This document shows positions 1-12,828 of a stretch of 64,000 nucleotides of DNA, piece after piece. Source of the stretch: Paraspadella gotoi (Eukaryota; Animalia; Chaetognatha); the NCBI GenBank assembly GCA_051294375.1, contig CM119267.1:13693326-13757325 (forward strand). Direction: 5' to 3'. Positions within the stretch are counted from its first letter, which is position 1. Every line of letters starts with the position of its first letter. A program made the position numbers and the translations under genes. The notes below the pieces were generated by a model. It did no database searches. It was not told the DNA's origin and saw nothing but the letters and a program-made list of their open reading frames with translations.

Positions 1-2639
1 AAAAGAAAGAGCCCCTGCAGAGCCAGCTGCAGATAAGAAATCAAAAAGCAGCAAGCAGATAGAGAAAAAGAATCCGCCCCTGCAGAACCAGCTGCAGACT
101 CGTTTTTTTTTCCCCTTGTTATGTTTATGTTTATGAATCAGTGACGAGGGAAAAGAGAGAGGGAGAGAGACATGTAATTAAAAGAGAAAAGAGAGAGAAA
201 AAAAATATGAAAATAAAAGAATAAAATTTGTTTGTTATGATAAAACGTAAACAAAACATATTTAATAACTTGTCCAGACTCAATTTAGCACATCGATGAT
301 GAGAAGCTGTATATAATTTTCAGCTTCATACACCCAAATTTAATCATAAAAAAGGCGATCTATAGATTTGGACGACGCCGACGACAACGCCGACGACGCC
401 ACTTATGAGCAAAAGCTTGCAATATAGTCGGCAAACACTAAGCGAATCTGGCGACAATAAAAATGTAAATTTTGCGCGCGCCCTTATTAATCCCAGTCTT
501 GGACTAAAGAACATTGATATACAAACAATTTTTTAAAAAAATTTCTCAATTTTTGCATGCGCCCATATTTATACATAGTACTTACCATAGAAAATGTTAN
601 NNNNNNNNNNNNNNNNNNNNNNNNACTAATTATTATAACCTAAAAATTAAATTTTAGTAATAGTTAAAAAAATAGTTTTAATTAAAATTTTTGCTATACT
701 TTATTATTTTAATCAAAGACTTATTTTTTAATAATTTTATGAGGAATTCAAAATACTGGTTTTCCAGACATTATAATTTGAATGTATTTTAAACCATTTT
801 CTGGATTGAGTACTAGTGGTATCTCACATTATAAGGGCGCCATGCCAAAATGAGAAATTTTTTTAAAAAATGTTTGTGACTCCAATGTTCTTTAGTCCAA
901 GACTATTAATAAGTGCGGGCGCATATATAATTTATACGATTTTATTGTCGCAATCCCGCTTATGTGTCATGCGAACAGAGATGATTGAGAGGTATTGCTC
1001 ATGGGAAGTGGCGTCGTCGGCGTTGTCGTCGGCGTTCCAAATTATAGATCCTAGCAGGGGGGAGTTTTTATTTAAAATTTTTTTCGGAGAGAGATTATTG
1101 ATACAAACGATAGGGAACTCTTTTCCGCGCTTCAATGCAAAAATCAAGCCAAAATCGGTCCAGGCATTCAAAAGTTATCGCCCAATAAACGTCACCCAAA
1201 ATCCGCTTCCTCGCGTAATCAAGTCGCCCTATGTTAAGGATTTTCGATTTTGGTTCGCATAAAGGATTTGTACTAAACGAGACAGGGAGGTAAGCTGGAT
1301 TCCCCGGCCACCAGATTCAATAAAAGAAATCGAGCTTAGAAAATCGAAACTCGACGAAACGGGAAAAAGCTATGAATTTTGTAAACAAATATTTATGAGG
1401 GAGAAATAGGAATTTTTTTAATTTTTGAGATAAACAGGGACAAACGGATGATTTGGATTTTTTTATATTTTCAGAAAATAATTGGCAGGATAATGTACAA
1501 TGAACAATCAGTTTATACGAGAGAGAGAAATGAGTTATATGAGAGAACTATGAGAGAGCTCCTGTGATTTGAAATCTTGCAAGGTACCTACTAGGTTGAA
1601 TCATTGGATCACCTTGTTTAAGAGTGGATGGAGGCGCTTAAACCACTCAAACGCCTGTAAAGTCAGGGGCAAGATAGCTTACTCATTATTAAATGAATGG
1701 ATAATTCTTTTATAGGTTGTTCTGATTTACAATTTCTATTGATTAGGTTTATTATCCATTTAATATTTCAATATATATATATAGTAATTTTTTCTGCATA
1801 TGTCAATAAATCTTGGAACCAAAACCGAACTGGCTAGTGGATGGGCGAATTGGGTTCTCTCACATGCGGATACAACTTTAAATATAAACGAACAATGTCG
1901 TAATCCGTAAGCTTTACGATCTATGCCCGCAGTTATAATATTGCATATATAGAAAAGAGGTGTTTTATTATTTTTTAATGACCCGAGGTCGCCGCGTTCG
2001 ATTCGTCGCCGTAGGTTACCATATATAAAGAAAATCCTTTGTTTCCATGTTAAAGCCTTAACCTACGGCCGACAAATCAAATGCGGCGACCCTCGTGGCA
2101 TAAAAATAATAAACATTTTTTTCTACAGTAAAAACTAGAGGTTCCATAACAACCTTTTCCAAGAGAAACAATTATGATCGTTTTTTACTGTAGAAAATGT
2201 TTATCATTTCTCTATTTACCAAGTGAGGCAAAGGATTGCACAAATCTATTTATGAGATCTTTTCTAACATAATACTATATTTCTGCTAAAATACATTTCA
2301 AAACATTATATTATTTAATCCGCTGACTACCAATACCTACTTTTTTATCGAACTAATAAAATGTATCTTAGACATGATAGGAGGCTTGATTCATATGAAT
2401 GTACTACTACAAATATACTGCATTTATTTAGAGTAAATAAAGAATTGTTTGTATTGAAAGTTCTATTAAAAACAAAATTGTTGGCATTCTCAACAATAAT
2501 TTTATAATCCATCCTTCAGGATTAAATAAGAAAGAAGAGCAAAAATTCCAGTGATTAATACTTCTATCCCCCTTACGCCGGTTTTCATGTTAAAGTCAAG
2601 AAAAAAAAGTATTTATTATAAATTGACAAGGAGAGTTAT

Positions 2640-3860
2640 TAACAATCTGTGCTTGAACGAAACTGCAACCACGATGATTTTCGTTGACGGCACACAGGAC
2701 TGGCGATATGAATCTGAAAAGTTATGAAAGGTGAAACAAATCACTTTAAAATATTTACAGCGATTTAAAATCTTTACCAAGATTGAAAAAAAGTTATCCT
2801 GAAGTATCTGGAGACTCGCTGTAAACGCCTTGTTGCCTGCCCTTAGTACTAAGCGCCATTGTTATGCCTGAGTATATCGACTGAAGTTAAAAGCATTTAT
2901 AAAAATTATATTAAAAATTTTATTAAAGAATATTGGGGGTTGGTCTTACCCAAACACCGAGCATTTTGGTGTGGCAATGGCTTTTCAGGAAAGAGCCATG
3001 GGGCTTCCTTGTCCGGCCAACCAACGGTTCCTTGCGCGCTCCGCCATTTAGTTATGAGGAACAACCTTCGCATTTCAAAAATAGCCTCGGGAGAGTGGTG
3101 ACTGTTTGCGAAGATGATAGCTTCCTGGACCGGGAAGACAACTGACATGTCAAAAAGCGACTTTTATGCCCGTAATAAATCCAATTAGGGATATATACAT
3201 CTACCATCACAATAACAAAAAGTTTAAATATTCTAAACTTTAACAGCCAAATTTTACTATTATTCGACGACTGGGTGATTTTTTGAAGTTCTTCACAAAA
3301 AATGATTTAAAAATATTTTATATTTGATAGAGATTATTTTTTATAGTTACAACTGTAGATATTTTATTTTTATTTTTACCTGGCCTCAATCGGAGCTGAA
3401 CCGTCGCGTATTCGCCGCATAAATGTTCTAACGATGAGAATTCTTGCCAAAAAGATTTATGTAAGTAAAATAGTTGCATTTAATTATTAATGACTTTAAT
3501 AGTTATTATCCATCGGGAAAACTTTTTGTAGTGGTTAAATATTTCATTTACCGTGGCATTAATGCACATGTCCCGTTACTCGTAAGAGTAAATCAAGGTT
3601 GGACGAGAATACAGCAGCCTTGCGCCGAAGGAGGTAGGCACGAGCTCCTCCCAACTACAAAGGGACTCAGTTTAAGGCGACCCACTGCATGTTCCACAGT
3701 TAAGCGTGGAATAAGGGCGACTGGGAACCACCACCTTTGTAGTGACGGGAAAGCTACAAGGGACGCGCAGTCCGACAGTATTCGGGACTTTTGGTTGGGC
3801 AACCGGACGGTGAAACTGCTCGGCGAGAGACATCGTGCGGTTGTTCCACAGTTTCCTGAG
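2640..3860 (-). pseudogene. Probable multi-exon gene (Cys-containing, unidentified) disrupted by sequence noise
   Basis: GC-richer blocks (~3552-3856, ~3380-3445, ~2950-3170, ~2798-2880, ~2640-2712) are bounded by minus-strand donors (GTAAAT, GTAAAA, GTAAGA) and CAG acceptors. No continuous frame is recoverable and the product is not recognised. Confidence 0.4.
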
Positions 3861-6800
3861 CGAAACGATATATTAGTAGGAGATTAGTGGCATACTGATA
3901 GACACCCAGGGGACGTAGAACAAAGCACGCAAAGGGGATCATAACTCTCTCTCTCTCTCTCTTAACAGTTTGTAATATTTGTGGAGTATACGTACGGCCA
4001 AGTGGTCCAAATTCTCATAATTTGTTAATTGACTGAAGACTTAGCAATCACTTTGTTCACCAAAATGTTTTTTCATCTTTCTGTCTCCATTTCTTTGAGA
4101 TCTCGAATAAAATTACCTTCTTGCTCTGAACTTATCTCGATCGTTGCCGTCACGATTTCAGTTAAAAACTAAACGCGCGCGAAACATTTTCGCTTATGTA
4201 AATAAAATCGTTGTTGACACTGAAATAATTTTTGCATCAATTACATTACACAGGTTATTATATTTTTTTATTAAAAATTAATAATTTTGACCATAATTAT
4301 CATAAACCCTAAACCGGATCTTACCTAATCACCCTAAAACCTTAACCTTTGAGTAAAATTAACACATTACGATCCTGAATGAGGGTACTAAATAAAATTG
4401 AGATGTTAGTAGGAAATATTTTACAGCCACAACGTTGTTTTCAGTGTTCTGGGTGTCCATCTTCAGAGGAATGATGGTGATGGTATAATGAGTATTTTAA
4501 CTTGCGGAAAAATTTAACAGAGCAATGGATAAACTGTATTCCAAATTATCACTTGAAGATAAATAATAATTAATTATTTCTTGACAAAATTTCCGTTTCA
4601 AGAGATGTGGCAACGACCGTTGCTATAGAACCCAGTGGGGAAATGTCCTATATATAAGAGAGAGACAGTGGTCATCTGAAAGGATTCCTAACAAAGACCG
4701 CGGCCACAGCCATGGCCATGACACAAGGCTTTCAGAAGAGAAGCGTAAAAAGAACTAATAAGACAGCAGAATTCAAGTAACGGCCAACCATATTAGAGAG
4801 AATCGTTAAGAGGATTTATTCTGAGAGGAAAAAATCATGATTATGGGATTTACTCTTATGATAATAATTAAAGGATTATTACAAATTTATAAATTGTCAC
4901 GGAGCGCCTCACCCGAAAACCCACAAAGGAGAAAGTATTCAAAACCATTCTAATTCACAGAGCTGATAGAACTTGAATCCTCTATGCTCATAGGGCACGA
5001 AGGGTATAAAAATAGAACTGAAAAACCAGTTTATTTTGAAATTTGCTTAAATAAGCAAGCAAGCTTGCAAGAAATTTAGCAGATGTCATTATATCGAATT
5101 GAAGCCAAGACACGTGGTCTACACAATAAATCTGTAGCCTAATAATTACGCTTTTGTTTTAATTATGAGATACGTACAATAGGGAAAGAAAGACATTAAA
5201 AAAAAGGCACAACCTGTCCTCTTTAAATTGCAACTTTTAATATTAAAATGTTAAAATATTTCTCGCGCATCCCCCCCAGTCCGTCTTCCCCCAAGACGCC
5301 CAGGCTTTTGAAATATGCCCCATATTGCCACACTTCGTATGGGCTTGACTATATACTTTTGATGGAACCATTTTTAAGGAAATCGACGAAATCTGATTAT
5401 TCCTCCGAGCACGAAGCGGTCGTCCTGCTTTCCAATTATAGAGCTCGCCTTTTTTTATGATTAAATTTGGGTGTGATAAGCTGAGAAAATTTATATACAG
5501 TTGGCCTCATCAATACGTATGGCTTAAATTGAGTATGGAACAGTGAGTTAAATATGTTTGTTGATTACGTTTTATCATATAGCGGAGCAAGCAAAATTTT
5601 ATCTTTTATTTCATAATTTATTTTACTCTCTCTCTTTACTCTTTTAATTACAGGTGTCTCTTCTCCCTCTCTCTTTCCCTCGTCACTGATTCATAACATA
5701 GAACGATAAACCAAGGGGAGAAAAAACGAAGTCTGAGCAGCTGTTCTGACAGAGGGCGTATTCTTTTCTCTATCTGCTTCTGCTGTATTGATGGTCTTTA
5801 ATCTGTCAGGCTCTCTCTGGGCAGGGGTCGTTTCTTTTTCTCTCTTTCTGCTGCTGCTTTTGAATTTATTTCTCTCTCTCTCATCGTCCGCTCTCTCCTC
5901 AAATCTTTCTCACTGAATAATGTTTTTCCCTCTAAAAACTTTATTATCGCCATTTTTCCCAAATTTGGATAAATAACTCCGAGAATTTTCGTGGATTGGT
6001 TTTTTCGCTAAATCATTCTAAAATATCAATCAGGAATGGAGAGTATTTTTCTTATCAAATTATACTGTTAGTTAATATTTGTGATTTAGTTACTACTTGC
6101 ATTTACTGTCACTTAGTCTTTAACTTCACGTTCGTCAGTCTGATGTACAAATGGTTTCACTTTATGTCTATGTTGTCACTGAGGATGTTGACAGGTTTAG
6201 AAGAGCGCCTTCGCCATTCGTGAAAACGTGCTCAGCGATTGTAATGCGGGCTAAAAATAAAAACAAAAGTACCGCCTTCATAATGTTTCTCCGGACTAAA
6301 TTATCTAAAAATGTGAAAACTCAAATAAATAGAGTTATTTTAACGTGTTTATATTTATTATTCTTTTTTTTTTCTATTTTTGTTTCGTATTAAGTAAATT
6401 ATGCTTTCTTTGTTCTCAAATTTGATTTTCTTAGTAACAATCTTTTTGTACTCACTTGTCTTGAAATATTTTTTAAAGAACTTAGATAAAAGGTATCATT
6501 CTGTTAATATCCTTCTGGAGAAGCTTCATTTAAAATTTGAAGAGAATGATATATTTAACAATATTGTAACATAAAATAAGCCTGAACCAGCTTTATAATT
6601 TAAATCAAGGTAATACACAAAATTGAAAATATTGAAATCCTAAAATAGTAATTTTTTCAAATAAATAACTTATTTAGAATAAGCTCTATATTTAAGGTAA
6701 AAATTATAAAATGGTGGCACTGAATGAAATCACATGAGAAGCAACAGGTATACTGTCTCAGAGAATAAATGATTAGATAGGACGGGCTATCCTGAGTAGT

Positions 6801-7022
6801 GAGTATAAATCTTTAATTTTTGTTTCTTCAATGGTTGACGGCATCTATTAAGTGCGTGTTTGATTCTGCAGGTGGAAATTACACCAACCTATATTATGCT
6901 TTGACCAAGTTATGGACTCTGGAAATTCAGTAATTCAATGCATCGTGAACAGCTTTTTTTTCACTGGATCCCCCATAAGTGAAAAACGCGGAAACGGACT
7001 AAGGAATTATCGAGAATCTATA

Positions 7023-7191
7023 GCGAAGGATGCAATAGCAGAGAAAATGGATTGACAAAATTGTTGAAAACACTTCCTAGTTCGCAAACAACAAGTGGAT
7101 CGCGCGGCTTCGTTGATTTTGAATATCGTTGAACGCGAGATTGCCGTAATGGCGTTAATCAAACGGCGACCTATTCTCCTTTCTTTCAAGG
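7023..7191 (+). pseudogene. Frameshifted (noisy) PICALM/AP180 exon in opposite orientation to exons 1-3
   Basis: Peptide blocks across small indels: KLLKTLP (7058-7078), QQVD, DFE, NGV(I)N(A), L(L)FK then G|GTTTGT. These match PICALM KLLKTVPIIQNQMDALLDF...LTNGVINAAFMLLFKD. The block is preceded by TAG acceptor. Confidence 0.75.
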
Positions 7192-8623
7192 GTTTGTTTA
7201 TGCTTTTATTATATATGCATATTTTCTTTTAATGCCAATTTTCCCGACAAAGGCAATTTGCTCGTTTCGTGGGCTTCATTTTGTTGTGGAGTTGTATAAA
7301 TAGAAACGCGCCCACTAAATATATCAGTTTTAATAAACAGAGTTTGAGGAAAAAGCGGAATCGCCTCAAGGGATCTTAGCGGGTAAAGTAGCAAGCTGAT
7401 CAGCGATAAATTAGAGTGATTAGTGTTTTTTTTTTCCATTCGTAAGTCAAATTCCAGGTTTCCACCTCCATGGAGCTTTCTTGTCTCTACCTCTCAATCA
7501 CAAAAACAACTAACAACAATTCTCGATGCACAAAATTAGTATGTGAATATACATTACAGAAATATTTAAGATACTTAATTTGTTAATAATTTTAATTTGT
7601 GTGAATTCATGCTTGATTTCCACTTAATATATAAATAAAAAAAAAAAGCAATAATCAAATGTGAACGTCGATTACTGATTGTTAATTGTTTTTCATTTTT
7701 TTTATACATCGATTCGTAATGAAGAGACGTTATTTCCGCTTAGTTTTACTTGGACGATTCATGCGAAACTTTATTTCCTGTCATGAGACAATTTCCTACC
7801 CACATAACTAAATTTGAAGTCAAATCATTAGAGTAAGTGAGTAAACTCATTTTTTAATCGGACGATTCCAGCGAAACTCGAGTTTCCAGCTCAATCACAA
7901 CATTCTCCTACCCACTAAAGCGTAGTGAAAGTTACATACAAAAATTCTTAATGTCAATTATGAACAACATACAATCAGTGAACATTAATTTGTAAAAAAA
8001 ATTAATTTTATGTTTTTCAATTTTTGCAGTAGTGCTATATTTATATATAGTACTAATAGAGCCATATCTTTGTCAATGGGTGTCAGAAGTTTGATTTGGG
8101 AACCTTTCCAAATGAACTTAATACATTTTCTGAGAAAATTTTCAATGGACCAAATTTTCTAAAAATGGCTATAAGCATTAGTAATTAATATTTTATTTTT
8201 ATTTTTAAAAGCAGATTAGGATAGCTTATAAAAAGTTGTCCACACAAAGTATAATTCTTTTTTGCAATATTTTTGATTGATAACTGGGTAAAAAATTGGA
8301 AAAACCTTAAAAAAAATTCATCATCATCCGATGTTTTAGGCAGTTTTTTACTAATTTTTTAGTAATAAAAATCAAAATTTTAAAAAAGTTTGTAATATAT
8401 TTTTTTCTTAACTTTTAAGCTCTATCAGAATCAATTAAAAAACTTTAAAATATCCAAAAAATTTTTTTTGACATTATACAGAGCAATATAATAATATTAA
8501 TTAGCAGATACTCATGGTTCGAACATTTTTGCAAAAAATATTTTAATACAATAATTAATACCAATAATGGATTAGTTAAATGCTGTTCCCATTAAAATTT
8601 GAATTTGGCGGCTACCGCTAGTA

Positions 8624-9602
8624 CATGGTGACAATTTTACAAGCGCCGGTAGAAAATACGCTGTTCATTGCAAACCAGTGGTTATTTCATTGATTTTAAA
8701 AAATTAGTGAGTAGAACATATTAAAGTCATTTATGTGTTCAAATTTTTATATTGATCAGTTAAGATATGCTTGGCAATGAGTGGAGAAAGTTGGCTTGTA
8801 AAATCGGGTTTCATTTTCCAACTCACTGTTTTTAAATTTTTTTTTTTTTTTTTCAATTTTTAGCTCTTTTTTAAACAAAGAGATATTAACAATATTAATA
8901 TCCTCAGCGAAAGCCCTTAAAAAAATGAGAGGAATGAGATTAATAACGAAAGCTCTAATCATAAAAATTAAGCTGCCAGGCTTGTTGCATTAAGTAGAGT
9001 TCAAAATTGAATTATTTAAAATAATTTCAAGATCTTTTTTTTTTAAAATATATATGACGTTAAGATTATGTATATACATAAAATATTATTATTTTTATAA
9101 GTATCATTAAAAGCCTAAAAAAGGGGATCTTAAGGATACCATCACAATTTGATAAAATCTTAAAATTACCGCACTCCAGCTAATTGATTTTTGGGAAAGA
9201 TGCTTGTTTTTGAAGTATTCCTTAAATTAAATTAAAGCTGGGCCGGTTAAAATTTGATACTACAGTATTTGCAAGTATGGTCATTCTTCTTTAGATTTGA
9301 AAAGGGGCTTTTTTCAGAAGAATAATAATAATTAATATTTTTTTATTTCAAAATTTCTACTCTTTCAGAAAAACTTACTGAAAGTAAGAAAAGAAAAAAT
9401 TGAATCTAAAAAAGTGAGTTAGAAGAATGAAACCCGATTTTAGCAAAGCCAACTTTCTCCACTGCATTGCCAAGGCATTTCTTAAAACTGATCTAATATA
9501 AAATTAATTTTTAAAATTTTTAAATCAATGAAATAACCAGCTGGTTTTTTTGGCAAAATGAACAGCGTATTTCTACGGCCTTGTAAATTGTCCAACCATG
9601 GG
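8624..9602. mobile_element. TA-flanked foldback/MITE related to 17879-18844
   Basis: TA|CATGGTGACAATTTT...; 8624-8830 is the reverse complement of 9413-9602; shares the CTTGGCAATGAG.GGAGAAA motif. Confidence 0.75.
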
Positions 9603-9964
9603 TACTATCCTTATAAAATTGAAAAATTTTAAAATAGGCTTTTCCTTAGTTTTGGAATTGCAGATTTGAATTTTGCCTTGTCAAAAGTTGATAAAAGAAA
9701 ATACTAAATAATTTTTAAAAAATTCGTTCATGTCAGTAGGTTTAAAATATTAAAATTTTAAAATATTTATATAGGTTATAGGTTTTTTAAATATTTGATC
9801 AAATTAATAGATGTTTTTAAAAAGAGTTAATATTTCTTTATATCAACTTTTCAAAATTCGAATCCAAATGCGTTTTTTAGGATTTTGATCCACTTAATAA
9901 AATAATTTTCTAAAAAGTGTTTTATTTCCTTGTGAAAGTTGCAAAATTACTTGTTTCACAATCT

Positions 9965-10200
9965 TTTATGGTAGACTAAAATCCACCAACCGTTCATCAG
10001 CGGCCATTGGTGCCGGAGGCAAGTCATTCGCCTCCAAACCCAAAGGTCCGGGGTTCTAGCCCGGTGGTCACCTAGCAGTTAAGAAGGACACGGCACTTAA
10101 CCCGCATGTAACACGGTGTTACAGCCTGATCCGAAGCTCAGGGACTGTTTATATTGAAGGGTTATGTCAATAACAAATAACAATAATTACTGTCTCTTCA
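9965..10200 (+). mobile_element. tRNA-derived SINE-like element
   Basis: tRNA-like head at 10002-10070 (A-box-like TGGTGCCGGAGG; T-arm CCGGG-GTTCTAG-CCCGG). Copies at 47107-47344 (minus) and 33612-33865. Confidence 0.7.
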
Positions 10201-10711
10201 CTTTATTTTTTAGATTAAAGATAACTATTATTTATGATTTTATATATTTGTTAAAATATTTTTATGTTAAATATTTAAATATATTATTATTTATCTGTTT
10301 GGAATGGGGACGTTAGAGTTGTCCTCTGGAAATAGAGGGTGCATCTACACAACACAAGGTTAGATTTAGATTACTTTCTGTTCCAGTTTTCTAATAGATA
10401 TCAACTAGATATAACTTTTCGTGAGGAATTCGAATGTGCTTTTAAAAATAAGAAAAAAATATTTTAAAACTGACATTTTCTATGGTGAGTTCTATGTATA
10501 AATATGGGCGTATGCGAAAATTGAAGAAAAAAAAATATTTTTTTTTATTTAAAAATGTTTATAGGTGTTCGTGATCTACTATTCGAATTTTGATTCTACT
10601 TGATTTTAATATTTTTGCTACGCTTTAAGTTTAATGGAGACTTGCCTAAATACTTCTATATTAGTTTAAAATAAATTTAATAATTAGATCAAAGAGTAAG
10701 CAATTAACTTA

Positions 10712-10924
10712 TTTTTTACAAAAATCAAGTGCCATTTGTCGATAAGCTATGCACTTTTCATTCAAATACTTAGAGTATCTTCGAATGAAAGGGGACATAT
10801 CGTAGCCTGCAACACCAGACTTGTCGAGAAAATTGCCGAGATTGAAAGTGGAATTACAAGAAGCCAAATATTGAATGAAGCGCTCGTTGCCGTAACCCAT
10901 AAGGTGATGAATCGTCACAAGTGC
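10712..10924 (-). CDS. PICALM: PICALM/AP180 exon 3 (ANTH); 3' boundary uncertain
   Basis: CAG|[70 protein letters not shown]. The expected ...KRG end and a clean donor are not seen; the frame hits TAA at 10711-10709. Confidence 0.92.
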
Positions 10925-11193
10925 CTGTTCATTTACAGAATATTGTACGAATAATAAAAATGCAATGCTTAGCTACTAATCCATAATAAACACATTTTTC
11001 GTTAGTAGTAATAAACCATCATTAGATAGTATATTGAACTTTCAATTACTTTCTAAAAGATATTTCAAATCATGATTATAATGCACAGAACGTACTAATT
11101 AAAAAAGAAAAGACATGTTTTAAAATAATTATATTATTTTACTTTTTAGATGCAAAGTTTATTGTTTAAAAACGGTAAAAGTTGAAACAAAAT

Positions 11194-11232
11194 ACGGACA
11201 TGTTTCGGCTTTATGAGAGCCTTCTTCAGCGT
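11194..11232 (-). ncRNA. Minimal type I hammerhead ribozyme
   Basis: ACG-CTGAAGA-aGGCT ctcataa AGCC-GAAACATGTC-CGT: intact core, 3-bp stem I, palindromic ACATGT stem III. Confidence 0.8.
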
Positions 11233-11998
11233 GAATTTAATTTGTGAAAATAGTTTTTCACAGAATTTGAAGAGAGAGAGAGAAGGGGGGAGAGAGGGAC
11301 AGATAGAGATTTTAATTTAAATAAAACTTTTTTAGAAAGGTGTCCCATGATTAGGGCTTTAATTTGCCTACCACAACCACCTTGCTTACCTCTTTCTTTA
11401 AAAAGTTATTTAAAAAAATATTTTTTAAAACTACGCAGTACAAATCTTTGTTAAATAAAATTTCGGCAAAGCGGGAGTATCTCACTTATTTATATTGATA
11501 CAATACTTAATTTCAAATTAAACTTGAAAAATTTTTTTTGTCATTTGGAGACATATCACTTTCAGATGTACCCATCGTATAACAATTTATTTATTATTTC
11601 CCCAAAAAGACTAATTAAAAAAAGTTAAAATATGTTTAAAAAAAAGTTCGTCCGACCTATGCTCATTGAGAATAATGTTTTGCATAAAAAATCAAATATC
11701 AAAAAAATAAAAAAGTCAGCCTCTAGAAAAATCGAAAAGCTAGAGGCTGATTTTTTTAGAATTGCAAAATGTTTTCCTAACTCGAAATCCATTAATCTCA
11801 ATTAGTTTCAAAAAATTTTTTCCAAAATCATTCATCATTTTTTTTATTAATTTAAAATGTTTTTATGATGTTGTTTTTGTTTTAAAGAATTGAAAAAAGT
11901 GAAAAAATAATGGATATATGGATAATTTTAATATTGGTTGTAACCAATTTCATAGTAATTATATAATTAATATATATATTAATATATTTAATATAATT

Positions 11999-12828
11999 TC
12001 ATAAAATTCAGCTCCTTGTATTTTGATGCTAGTGCGGAGTACAATAAGTATTCCCGATCTAATACTTCAGGGAGTGGTCTTTTCATACAATTGAAACATT
12101 CTTTGAAATATTTTCAAAGTCAGGGGCAAGATAGCTTATTTATTAAATGAATGGATAATTTTTATATTGGTTGTACAATTTCATAAAATTCAGCTCCTTG
12201 TATTTTGATGCTCGTGCGGAGTACAATAAGTATTCCCCGATCTAATACTTAAGGGAGTGGTCTTTTCATACAATTGAAACATTCTTTGAAATATTTTCCA
12301 CTTCATTGATAGGGAAGCCAGGTACTCTGGGAGTGAATAAACGAGACTGTGAGAGAGTCTTGATTGAAAGCTTGCAGGGACCTGCTATTCATTATCTTGT
12401 AAGAGTGATGGAGGCTTAAACCACCAAAGCCTGTCCAAAGTCAGGGGCAAGATAGCTTATTTATTAAATGAATGGATGATTTTTATATTGGTTGTACCAA
12501 TTCATAAAATCAGCTCCTTGTATTTTGATGCTAGTGCGGAGTACAATAAGTATTCCGATCTAATACTTAAGGGAGTGGTCTTTTCATACAATTGAAACAT
12601 TCTTTGAAAATTTTTCCACTTCATTGATAGGAAGCCAGGTACTCTGGGAGTGCAATAAACAAGACTGTGGAGAGTCTTGATTGAAAAGCTTGCAGGGACC
12701 TGCTGTGTCATTATCTTGTAAGAGTGATGGAGCCGCTTAAACCACCAAAGCCTGTCCAAAGTCAGGGGCAAGATAGCTTATTTATTAAATGAATGGATAA
12801 TTTTTATATTGGTTGTACCAATTTCATA
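11999..12828 (+). repeat. Tandem array of ~320-bp structured monomer; dispersed copies elsewhere
   Basis: Units start at ~11999 (internally deleted), ~12181 and ~12502. Other copies: ~1560-1770, and in reverse orientation 35251-35357, 43291-43491, 52560-52990 (tandem) and 56044-56190. Confidence 0.92.

Noticed and set aside
10002-10070. Possible tRNA gene
   Set aside because: The anticodon stem does not pair, and ~230 bp of context is shared by three copies, so it is a SINE head.
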